This document shows, in pieces, positions 26,896 to 34,677 of a stretch of 64,000 nucleotides of DNA. Origin of the DNA: Myxococcota bacterium (GTDB lineage Bacteria > Myxococcota_A > Polyangia > Polyangiales > Sandaracinaceae); contig JAYZQJ010000125.1 in NCBI GenBank assembly GCA_036149055.1, positions 25,455 through 89,454 of the forward strand. The letters are read 5' to 3'. The notes beneath the pieces are model-generated. The model saw only the letters and a program-made list of their open reading frames with translations. It did not search any database and was not told the DNA's origin. The position numbers and the translations under genes are program-made. Every line of letters starts with the position of its first letter. Within the stretch, counting starts at the first letter, position 1.

Positions 26896-28358
26896 ACCGT
26901 TCGCTGATGGAGGAAGTGATCGCGCGTCCCGACGACGACGACGTGCGCGAGGTCTACGCGGACTGGTGTGAAGAGCAGGGCGACCTGCCGCGCGCCAGCT
27001 TCATCCGGGTTCAGCTCGAGCGGGCGCGGCGCGATCCGTGGGACGCCCGCCAGGTTGCGCTGGAGGTCGCCGAGAGGGCGCTGCTCGAAGCGCACGGAGC
27101 GACCTGGCTCGGCGAGGTGGCGGACGTCCCCGGCGTCACCTGGACCGGGTTCGAGCGGGGCTTCGTGGCCCGAGCGGAGGCCGAATCCTTCGGCGCGCTC
27201 GTGAAGGGTCACGACGCGCTCGCCCGCGCGGCTCCCCTCCATCACGTGACGGCGCCCTGGCCGACGTCCGAGCGGGAAGCGGCCGGCGCGCGCGCCATGG
27301 GGACGTTGCGCGGGCTTCGGATCGAGCGCGCCATCATCGACCCGCGCGAGCCGCTCTGGCTCGCCGCGTCGCCGCTCCTCTCCACCCTCACGGAGCTCGC
27401 GCTGGTCGACGGCTACGCGGACGCGCCCGGGACCCACGCGCTGCTCACCTCGCCGCACCTGCGGGGGCTGCGCGAGCTCAGCCTGGCGCGTCACCTCGTG
27501 GGCCGCGAGGGGGTCGTCGCTCTCGTCGAGGTGGATCTGCCCGAGCTGGTCGCCCTCCAGCTCGAGGAGCGCGGAACCACCGACGACAGCTGGAGCCACT
27601 GGGACGGCGGTCTCGACGTGCCGGCGATGGAGAGGCTCGCCCGGTGGCCGGGGCTCGCGCGCATCCGGCGGCTCGACCTCGGCGGCAACCGCATCGAGCC
27701 CGAGGGGTTCGAGGCCCTCTTCGAGTCCGAGCACTTCACCGCCGTGGAGAGCCTGAAGCTCCAGTTCGTCTACGCGATGCTCGCGGAGATTCCCTGGGGC
27801 AGCGCGCCGGGCGCGCTGAGGCTGAAGGCGCTCGATCTCGGGGACAGCTCCGTCTCGACCGAGGCGGCCCAAGTCCTCGCCGCAGCGCCGTGCCTCGCGG
27901 AGCTCCGCCAGCTGGATCTGCCGCGCGCACAGGCCGAGGAGGCGACCGCTCTGCCCACGCTGCTGGACGGCGGCCTCGCCGAGACGCTCCAGGTGCTGGA
28001 CCTCGGCGATTTCGACTCCGTCGAGGCGCCGGTCGTGAGCGCGCTCGTCGGCGCCGATCTGCCGCAGCTTCATACGCTGCGACTGGGATCGGCCTACGAC
28101 ATCGGCGATGGCGACGTCGAGCGTCTCGTGGGCTGGCGTCACCTCGAGCACCTCCGGTCGCTGGCGATCGCGGGAAAGAGCATCGGCTCGGAGACCGCTC
28201 GCGCGCTCGCCGCGGCGCCCCTCGACCAGCTCGAGCGACTCCGGGTTCGCGGGCTGCCCGAGGACGACCGAGCGCTGCTGCGCGAGACGCCGATCGGCCA
28301 GCGTCTGCTCCGGACGGGCGGGCTCGAGCTCTTGGCGCATCCGCAGCGCGGGTGGTGA
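26892..28358 (+). CDS. TIGR02996-domain leucine-rich-repeat protein
   Basis: PDDDDVREVYADWCEEQGD..RASFIRVQ, FERGF, multiple LxxLDLG repeats; GTGA overlap. Confidence 0.88.
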   Translation: MNRSLMEEVIARPDDDDVREVYADWCEEQGDLPRASFIRVQLERARRDPWDARQVALEVAERALLEAHGATWLGEVADVPGVTWTGFERGFVARAEAESFGALVKGHDALARAAPLHHVTAPWPTSEREAAGARAMGTLRGLRIERAIIDPREPLWLAASPLLSTLTELALVDGYADAPGTHALLTSPHLRGLRELSLARHLVGREGVVALVEVDLPELVALQLEERGTTDDSWSHWDGGLDVPAMERLARWPGLARIRRLDLGGNRIEPEGFEALFESEHFTAVESLKLQFVYAMLAEIPWGSAPGALRLKALDLGDSSVSTEAAQVLAAAPCLAELRQLDLPRAQAEEATALPTLLDGGLAETLQVLDLGDFDSVEAPVVSALVGADLPQLHTLRLGSAYDIGDGDVERLVGWRHLEHLRSLAIAGKSIGSETARALAAAPLDQLERLRVRGLPEDDRALLRETPIGQRLLRTGGLELLAHPQRGW

Positions 28359-28371
28359 TCCCGGGCCCCGC

Positions 28372-28400
28372 TTGATGCCCTTCCGGGCGTGGCGTACATG
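28372..28400 (+). promoter_or_regulatory. Possible sigma70-type promoter of the tRNA
   Basis: TTGATG-N17-TACATG, about 30 nt upstream of the tRNA. Confidence 0.4.
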
Positions 28401-28429
28401 CACGAAACCCATCACGACCACTCAGCAGA

Positions 28430-28513
28430 GCCGGGCTGGCGGAATTGGCATACGCAGGCGACTTAAAATCGCTCGGGGGTGACCTCATGAGGGTTCGAGT
28501 CCCTCGCCCGGCA
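28430..28513 (+). tRNA. tRNA-Leu, anticodon TAA; CCA not encoded
   Basis: Acceptor stem GCCGGGC/GCCCGGC+A, D-loop GGAATTGGCATAC, anticodon arm GGCGA-CTTAAAA-TCGCT, long variable arm, T arm GAGGG-TTCGAGT-CCCTC. Confidence 0.96.
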
Positions 28514-28515
28514 GA

Positions 28516-29472
28516 TCACAGCCAGCCGCGCCGACGGTAGTCGGTGTAGGCCTCGCGCGCGCCGCGCTCGAAGTCGTGGGCGGGCGCCCAGTCGAAGGTC
28601 TGCATCGCGCGCCGCGGATCACAGCTCTGGTGTGGCTGGGTCGCGTCGGCCGCCTTGTCGCGGGAGAGCATCACCGGCCGATCGCGGAGCCGCCCGGTCA
28701 GCTCGGCCGCGGCGCCCAGCGCCTTCATCGCGAGCGAGGGCACCGGGAGCACTCGCACCCGCCGGCCCACCGCGGCGCCGATGAGGTGCGCGACCTCGGC
28801 GCGCGGGTAGGGCGCGGGCTCGGCGACGAAGTAGGCGCCGCGCGGGTGCTCGGTCTCGAGCGCCCGGGCGATGACCTCGGCGCAGTCGGCGCCGTGCAGC
28901 ATCGACATCGTGCCGCTCGGGTGCACCATCGGCACGACGCCGCGCTCGGCGGCCCGGAAGAGGCCCACCATGCGGTGCTCGCCGGGGCCGTAGAGCGCGG
29001 GGGGGCGCAGGCAGGTGACGGGGAGGGGGCTGGCGAGCGCGAGCGCCTCGGCGGCGTGCTTGCTCCGGCCGTAGTGGCTCACCGGGGCGTCGGGCGCGCC
29101 GTCCGCGTGCGGTGTGGGCCCGGGCGACGGGCCGTGGGCGGCGAGGCTGGAGACGAGCACGAAGCGACGGAGGGTCGAGGGCGCGGCTTCGATCAGAGCG
29201 CGGGTGGTGTCGGTGTTGCCGCGGTAGAAGTCGGCGACCTCGCGCACGATGCCGCCGCCCGCCGCGTGCACCACCGCGTCGGTCTCCATCGCCGGGCGCA
29301 GCGCCTCGGGGTCGCTCAGCGCGCCGCGCACGACCTCGACGCCGAGCGCCTCGATCTCGCCGGTCCGGCTGGTCGGCCGCGCGAAGGCGCGGACGGCGTG
29401 GCCGCGCGCGGTCAAGGCCCGGCAGAGGTGGAGGCCGAGGAAGCCGGTGGCGCCGGTGACGAGGACGCGCAC
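28516..29472 (-). CDS. NAD-dependent epimerase/dehydratase (extended SDR)
   Basis: TGATGFLG, VSSLAA, YGRSK, LRPPALYGPG. Confidence 0.92.
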   Translation of the reverse strand: MRVLVTGATGFLGLHLCRALTARGHAVRAFARPTSRTGEIEALGVEVVRGALSDPEALRPAMETDAVVHAAGGGIVREVADFYRGNTDTTRALIEAAPSTLRRFVLVSSLAAHGPSPGPTPHADGAPDAPVSHYGRSKHAAEALALASPLPVTCLRPPALYGPGEHRMVGLFRAAERGVVPMVHPSGTMSMLHGADCAEVIARALETEHPRGAYFVAEPAPYPRAEVAHLIGAAVGRRVRVLPVPSLAMKALGAAAELTGRLRDRPVMLSRDKAADATQPHQSCDPRRAMQTFDWAPAHDFERGAREAYTDYRRRGWL

Positions 29473-29473
29473 G

Positions 29474-30547
29474 TCACTCGCCGAAGGGCGAGGTCCGCCC
29501 GAGCGCGATCGCGCGCGCCACCGGGAAGGACCGCCGGACGTGGGGCGCCTCCTCGAGCGCGTGGCGCGCCATGGCCACCGACACCCGGTAGATGGGCGCG
29601 ACCTGCGCCCGGGAGGCGGGGCTGAGGTTGCGGGCCTCGCGCGCGCGCTCCTCCTCCATGATCGTCAGCACGGTGTTCCAGCCGAGCGCGGCGAAGATGA
29701 GGCGGTGCTCGGGGCGAGCGTCCCGCGCGCGCTCGCCGTGCTCGACCAGGGCGCGCACCTCGGCGCGGCGCTGGCTCAGCTCCTCGTCGCTCAGCGCGGC
29801 GAGGAGGGAGATGGCGCGGGAGAGCTCGCGCTCGTAGGGCGCGAAGGTCGGCGTCTCGCTCGGGACCCGCCCGCGGGCCTCGCGCACGAGGTCGACCGGC
29901 ACCGCGATGGTCAGGCCGGAGACGCCCTGGTCGGGGCGGCCGCGCATGGACACGATGCCGATCAGCTCCCCCGCCTCGTCGATGACCGGGCCGCCCGAGT
30001 TGCCCGGGTTGACCGACATGCTCAGGTGCAGGAGCCCGTCGCGGGTGATGCGGCTGACCTCGCCGCTCGAGGCGGCCGGGTTGGGCTCGCGCACGTCCAG
30101 CGGGTAGCCGCTGACGCTGACCCGCTCGCTCATCGTCAGCCGCCGCGCCGCGTCCGGGAGCGCGACGTGGTGCGGCAGATCGCGGTCGACCGCGACGAAG
30201 GCGATGTCGTGCGCGATGTCGACGTAGACCGGACGCGCCGGGATCGGGGTGGACTCCCCGGGCGGGATCACCGTCCACGCGTGCATGCCCCACACCACGT
30301 GGCGGGCGGTCAGGACGAGGCGCGGGCCGATGGCGACGCCCGAGCCGTGCCCCATCGAGGGATCGGCGCCGACGCGGCGCACGCCGGTGGTGCGTCCGGT
30401 GCCCTGGGTCGGCGCGATGCCGGACACCCCGATGACGCGCACGGTGGCGCGGTCGATGGGGCGCAGCTCGACCCCCTGCGCGCGCGCGGCGCCGGCGGTG
30501 AGCGAGAGGCCGACGAAGAGGAGGGGCGCGAGGGTCGAGCGCGTCAT
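29474..30547 (-). CDS. Secreted trypsin-like serine protease
   Basis: Signal peptide; LTARHVV, HDIAFV, NPGNSGGP. Confidence 0.9.
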   Translation of the reverse strand: MTRSTLAPLLFVGLSLTAGAARAQGVELRPIDRATVRVIGVSGIAPTQGTGRTTGVRRVGADPSMGHGSGVAIGPRLVLTARHVVWGMHAWTVIPPGESTPIPARPVYVDIAHDIAFVAVDRDLPHHVALPDAARRLTMSERVSVSGYPLDVREPNPAASSGEVSRITRDGLLHLSMSVNPGNSGGPVIDEAGELIGIVSMRGRPDQGVSGLTIAVPVDLVREARGRVPSETPTFAPYERELSRAISLLAALSDEELSQRRAEVRALVEHGERARDARPEHRLIFAALGWNTVLTIMEEERAREARNLSPASRAQVAPIYRVSVAMARHALEEAPHVRRSFPVARAIALGRTSPFGE

Positions 30548-31581
30548 CAGAGGATCCGGAAGGAGTCGAAGTAGGCCATCAGGATGCGGGCTCGGTCGCG
30601 GCTCCGCAGCGAGGCGCGCGAGCCGATCGCCTCGACCACGTAGAGGCGGGTCTCGGTCTGGTACACGCGGGTGAAGGCGCGGGTGCCGCTCTGGTCGGTG
30701 GTGAAGACGCGGCCGGGGTAGCCGTTGGTCTGCACCGGCCGCACCTCCCGCTGCAGGCGCAGCTGCTCGGTGAGCTGGCCGAACGCGTCCTCTGGGACCA
30801 ACCGGCCGAAGGAGACGACGCGGACCCGGTAGCGCCCCCAGTCGTCCCGCGTCTCGTAGGTCCAGACGGGGGTGCGCTGCCCGCCGAGCACCAGCTCGCT
30901 CTCCTCGAGCGCCGGCGCGCGGGGCATGGAGATCGCGAAGTCGGCCTCGGGGAGATACAGCGGCGTCCACGTTCCGTCCGCATGTCGGGCGCCCTGGGCG
31001 GGCATGAGCGCGTGCTCCGGGTCGAGCTGGATCGAGCCCATGAACCGGCTCGCGATCCGGAGCGCGTCGCGGCTGCGGCGTGGCACGACGGCCAGCGCCA
31101 CCACGACCCGGTCGGCGCCGACGAACTGCCGGATGGCGACGAAGGTGTCGTTCTCGCCGCGCCCGGTGTCCTCGCGGGCGTAGAAGCCCTGCACCGTCAG
31201 CCGCTGGCTGCGGTCGCGCTGCAGGTCCGCGTGCTCGAAGATGGACTCGGCCAGCGCGGCGGCGGCGATGAGCGGGTCGCCCACGAAGCCGCCCTCGAAC
31301 TGGTTCACGTGCACGGCGAAGAGGCCGTAGGGGGCCTCGACCGCGACGCTGGTCTGCCGCACGCGCGCGCCATCGTCGGTGACGTCCTCGTCGGTCTCAC
31401 CGGTCGGCGTCGCCGGCATGCTCACGCGGATACCGGTGCCGCGCGGGGACACGTCCTGCCAGCCCACCGTCTGCGCCGTGACCGGGCGGGCCCAGCCGTA
31501 GCGCTGGCGGGAGCGGCAGCTGGGGAGGAACAGCAGGCAGGCGAGCGCGACGAGCGCCCAGCCGAGGGACGAGCGAGCCAT
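30547..31581 (-). CDS. Lipoprotein with two tandem homologous domains
   Basis: LPSC lipobox; repeats W..V...GIRVSMPATP / W..L...DFAISMPRAP ending RFMGSIQL / YFDSFRIL. Confidence 0.7.
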   Translation of the reverse strand: MARSSLGWALVALACLLFLPSCRSRQRYGWARPVTAQTVGWQDVSPRGTGIRVSMPATPTGETDEDVTDDGARVRQTSVAVEAPYGLFAVHVNQFEGGFVGDPLIAAAALAESIFEHADLQRDRSQRLTVQGFYAREDTGRGENDTFVAIRQFVGADRVVVALAVVPRRSRDALRIASRFMGSIQLDPEHALMPAQGARHADGTWTPLYLPEADFAISMPRAPALEESELVLGGQRTPVWTYETRDDWGRYRVRVVSFGRLVPEDAFGQLTEQLRLQREVRPVQTNGYPGRVFTTDQSGTRAFTRVYQTETRLYVVEAIGSRASLRSRDRARILMAYFDSFRIL

Positions 31582-31662
31582 GGGTCTCCGGGTACGGCGA
31601 GGAGCGAGATTTGCACCCTCTCGCGCCTCGCCCCGCGGGTCAATCCATTTTGGCCCGGCCGG

Positions 31663-33318
31663 TCACTCCTCCAGCAGGCGCTCCAGCAGGGCGGCGACGC
31701 GGATCTGCGATCGCTGCGGCGCCAGCACGGCTTCCACCGTGGAGCGGATGTCGCCTCCGCTCCGCCCGACCCGCGCGACGAAGAGCGAGATCTCGGAGTC
31801 CCGGCGGGAGGGGCTGCCGTGCCACGAGTGGTAGGGCCCGCTGAAGTAGGTGCGGTCCTTCTCCGGGATGTCGTGGCCGAGGTTCGAGATGAGGATCACG
31901 TCGCCGGCCAGGTGCCCCTGCGGGCCCACCGCGAGCTGCTCCAGGCGCCGGGCGACGTCGACCCAGTCGTCCCGCGGGTGGGATTCGAGCCAGGCGCTGA
32001 CGTCGTGGGCGCGCTCTCCGTCGAACACCCGGAAAGGTCGCTGACGCTCGCCGGGGGCGGCCGGCTCCCGCACGAGCACCATCGCCAGGCTGCCCTGCAG
32101 CGACGGGAAGGGATCTCCGTCCTGCGAGGCGCGCCAGAACGCGCGAGCGGCGGCCAGGACGTCGTCTTCGTAGCGCGGCGGCGCCGACCAGTCGCAGCGC
32201 TCGCCCTCCGCCGCGCACCGGCTGCGGTCGGCGAGGTAGAGGTAGGCGAGCCCGCCCTGGTAGGCGAGCACGGCGTCGAAGTCGGCGTCCTCGGGGAGCG
32301 TCAGCTCGGGGGGGCGCGGGCGGAAGCCGGCGCGGCGCAGGACGGCGGGCGGGTCGTCCCGGGTGTCGTCGACGCTGAGCGCGTGCTGCTCGTCGTGCTG
32401 GACCGGGGTGTGCCCGTGGTCGCTGACGACGACGATCCACGTGTCCTCGAGCGCGTCGTCGGCGCGGTAGCGGTCGAACACCCGCCGGAGGCCGGGATCG
32501 ATCACGTTCATCAGGTGCTCGTGCTGCTCGCCGAGCGGGTCCTCGCGGGAGTGCGCGACGAGGTCGACGCCCGGGAAGTACATCGTCTGCACGTCGGGCA
32601 GGCCGAAGGCCTCGATCGCCTCGAGGACCTCCTCCACCGAGCCCTCGTCGAGCTGGGCGTAGGCCTCCTCGCTCACGCTGTGCTCGCCTCGCAGGGACTC
32701 GGGCAGGATCGAGAACATCTGCACCGCGTCGAGCGCGTGCGGGGTCGTGTAGACGTCGGCGCCGCGGTGCACCGGGCCGAGGCTCGAGTGGCTGCGGAGG
32801 TCGAGCCGCTCGAAGATCGTCTCGACCTGGATCCGCTCGCCCATGAACCCGTCGGTGTGCATCTGCATCGCGTGGTCCATGCCGCGCACCGAGACCGGGG
32901 CCGGGGCGAAGAACGCGGGCACGGTGCGGTCGAACCACTCGTTGCCGGGGACGCCGCTCTCGCCGGCGGGGGCCCCGGTGTAGATGGTCGTCCAGGCGGC
33001 CATGGTGGTGCTCGGCAGGATGCTGAGCACGCCGCGGGCCCGATAGCCGTGGGCGAAGAGGCCGGGCTCGTCCTGGCCTTCGCCCGCGATCGCCTCGAGG
33101 CTCCGGAGCTCACCTCCGTCGATCGCCGCGCCCAGCTCGTCGCCGCCGACGCCGTCGAGCCCGATCAGGATGAGGCGAGTGCCGCCGCGAGCCGCCCGCA
33201 TCGGCCGGCGGAGCTGCTGCACGCCCGAGTGCTTGATGAGGGACACCGCCTCGGACACGGAGACGCCGCTGCCGCAGGCGAGCGTGAGCGAGAGGGCCAG
33301 TGGGAGCATCCTGCGCAC
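31663..33318 (-). CDS. Alkaline phosphatase superfamily (nucleotide pyrophosphatase/phosphodiesterase-like) lipoprotein
   Basis: IGLDG, PSTT nucleophile, DLVAH, VSDHG, WHG. Confidence 0.85.
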   Translation of the reverse strand: MRRMLPLALSLTLACGSGVSVSEAVSLIKHSGVQQLRRPMRAARGGTRLILIGLDGVGGDELGAAIDGGELRSLEAIAGEGQDEPGLFAHGYRARGVLSILPSTTMAAWTTIYTGAPAGESGVPGNEWFDRTVPAFFAPAPVSVRGMDHAMQMHTDGFMGERIQVETIFERLDLRSHSSLGPVHRGADVYTTPHALDAVQMFSILPESLRGEHSVSEEAYAQLDEGSVEEVLEAIEAFGLPDVQTMYFPGVDLVAHSREDPLGEQHEHLMNVIDPGLRRVFDRYRADDALEDTWIVVVSDHGHTPVQHDEQHALSVDDTRDDPPAVLRRAGFRPRPPELTLPEDADFDAVLAYQGGLAYLYLADRSRCAAEGERCDWSAPPRYEDDVLAAARAFWRASQDGDPFPSLQGSLAMVLVREPAAPGERQRPFRVFDGERAHDVSAWLESHPRDDWVDVARRLEQLAVGPQGHLAGDVILISNLGHDIPEKDRTYFSGPYHSWHGSPSRRDSEISLFVARVGRSGGDIRSTVEAVLAPQRSQIRVAALLERLLEE

Positions 33319-33339
33319 GAGAGCGCAGTTAGGCCCCGA

Positions 33340-33951
33340 TCAACGAGGCTGCACCGTCAACCAGTTCGAGCCGGTCTCGCTGTCCCGATAGAGGTGCAGC
33401 CGGACGTTGGTCGGCCGCATCCGGTAGGTGAAGGTGTAGTCGATGAAGGCGTCGAGCTCGTCGCTCTCGACGCCCTTCTTGAAGCGTCCGTAGACGAGGC
33501 GGTTGTTGCAGCAGGGCGCGAGCTCCCCGAAGAAGTGCTTCCCCTCGGCGTCCTCGCGGGGGATGCCGCTGAACCGGGTCTCGGTGGCGTTGTAGAGGAG
33601 CACGTGGCCCTCGTCGCTGAGCTGGATGACGCCCACCGGGAGCACGTCGATCTTCGAGCGGGGCAGGTCCGGCAGGACGCGCGCGATCTCGTCGGCGTGG
33701 AGCCGGGCGTGACCGTTGATGTGGTCGCGCTCGTCTTCGAAGTCGCCGGGCGCGTCGATGCCCTCTTCGAGCAAGCTCTGGACGTCGCGGCGCCGGTACC
33801 GACGGTGGCCTCCCGCCGTCTTGCGCGCTGGCAATCGTCCCGCGTCGGCCCAACGCTTGATGCTCGTGGGGCTCACGCCGAGTCGTTCGGCGGCCTCACT
33901 GGTGGTGAGAAGCTCACCCTGCTCTTCGGTCGCGAGTTTGGAATCAGTCAT
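33340..33951 (-). CDS. MerR/excisionase-type HTH fused to a photoactive yellow protein domain
   Basis: LTTSEAAERLGVSPTSIKRWADAGRL...TAGGHRRY, then PVGVIQL..EG.VLLYNATE...GKHFFGELAPC...FKKGV...DYTF.YRMRPT.V; AGAGGA RBS. Confidence 0.9.
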   Translation of the reverse strand: MTDSKLATEEQGELLTTSEAAERLGVSPTSIKRWADAGRLPARKTAGGHRRYRRRDVQSLLEEGIDAPGDFEDERDHINGHARLHADEIARVLPDLPRSKIDVLPVGVIQLSDEGHVLLYNATETRFSGIPREDAEGKHFFGELAPCCNNRLVYGRFKKGVESDELDAFIDYTFTYRMRPTNVRLHLYRDSETGSNWLTVQPR

Positions 33952-34174
33952 GGCGTCCTCTGATGAAATCGAGAAGCTCCTTCCGAAAGCGGAGGGGGAC
34001 CTGGAGTCGCAGCTCGTCAGCCTCTACGCGGACCGGGCCAAGCTCTACCGGGAGCTCGGGACGGCCGATCCCGACGACATCATCGCGATGGTGCGGCGGC
34101 TCGAGGCCCAGCTCGTCTCGCTCTACGAGGAGCGGGAGCGGGCCTTCGCCGGGCGCGACATCGAGGGGGACTGA
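33950..34174 (+). CDS. Small coiled-coil protein with a duplicated LE(S/A)QLVSLY motif
   Basis: LESQLVSLYADR and LEAQLVSLYEER lie 33 codons apart with synonymous differences, implying protein-level selection. Confidence 0.7.
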   Translation: MASSDEIEKLLPKAEGDLESQLVSLYADRAKLYRELGTADPDDIIAMVRRLEAQLVSLYEERERAFAGRDIEGD

Positions 34175-34383
34175 GCGCTTCACGTCGAGAACGCTTGGGC
34201 CAGTCCCCAGGGCTGGCCAACCCGACGCGAACAATCGCCCCGCCCCCCGGTGTGGCCATCCGGCGGGTGGCGCAAGATGCCTCGGAGCCCCGGTTTTCTT
34301 GACCGCGAGGCGTTCCGTCCGGCACTCCCCGAGGAGCCAGTGGCCTCGCGTCGGGCGAATGACGCGGGCCCAGGGAGGTCGAC

Positions 34384-34617
34384 ATGATGAAGGAAGAGCT
34401 TCTCGAGCGGGTGAGCGAGCTGGTCCGGCAGGTGACGGAGGCGCGCTTCGAAGGCGCCCTCTACGCCAAGCTGGCCCGAGCCCACGGCTACGCCGACGGG
34501 TACATGCGGGCGCTGATCGACGCGGGCCTCGTGGACCGGGACGAGCTGCTCCGCGCCGTCTCGGACGCGCGCAAGGACGCGCTCGACGCCGACGACGCCC
34601 GCCGCCACGCGGCCTGA
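34384..34617 (+). CDS. Small hypothetical protein
   Basis: GGGAGG RBS, typical codon usage, AHGYADGYMRAL motif, terminator after the stop. Confidence 0.75.
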   Translation: MMKEELLERVSELVRQVTEARFEGALYAKLARAHGYADGYMRALIDAGLVDRDELLRAVSDARKDALDADDARRHAA

Positions 34618-34628
34618 CGGAAACGAAG

Positions 34629-34660
34629 AGGGCGCGACCGGAGTCCCGGCCGCGCCCTTT
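34629..34660. terminator. Probable bidirectional terminator
   Basis: AGGGCGCGaCCGG-agtc-CCGGcCGCGCCCT+TT between convergent genes. Confidence 0.65.
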
Positions 34661-34677
34661 CGGCGTCTGCGGGGCGC

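Noticed and set aside
24115..28520. Classical tRNA-integrated island or prophage
   Set aside because: No integrase, no duplicated tRNA 3' end noticed, and the accessory genes lie 5' of the tRNA.
33780..33920. Excisionase of a mobile element
   Set aside because: The HTH is fused in frame to PYP, and no integrase or att site is nearby.
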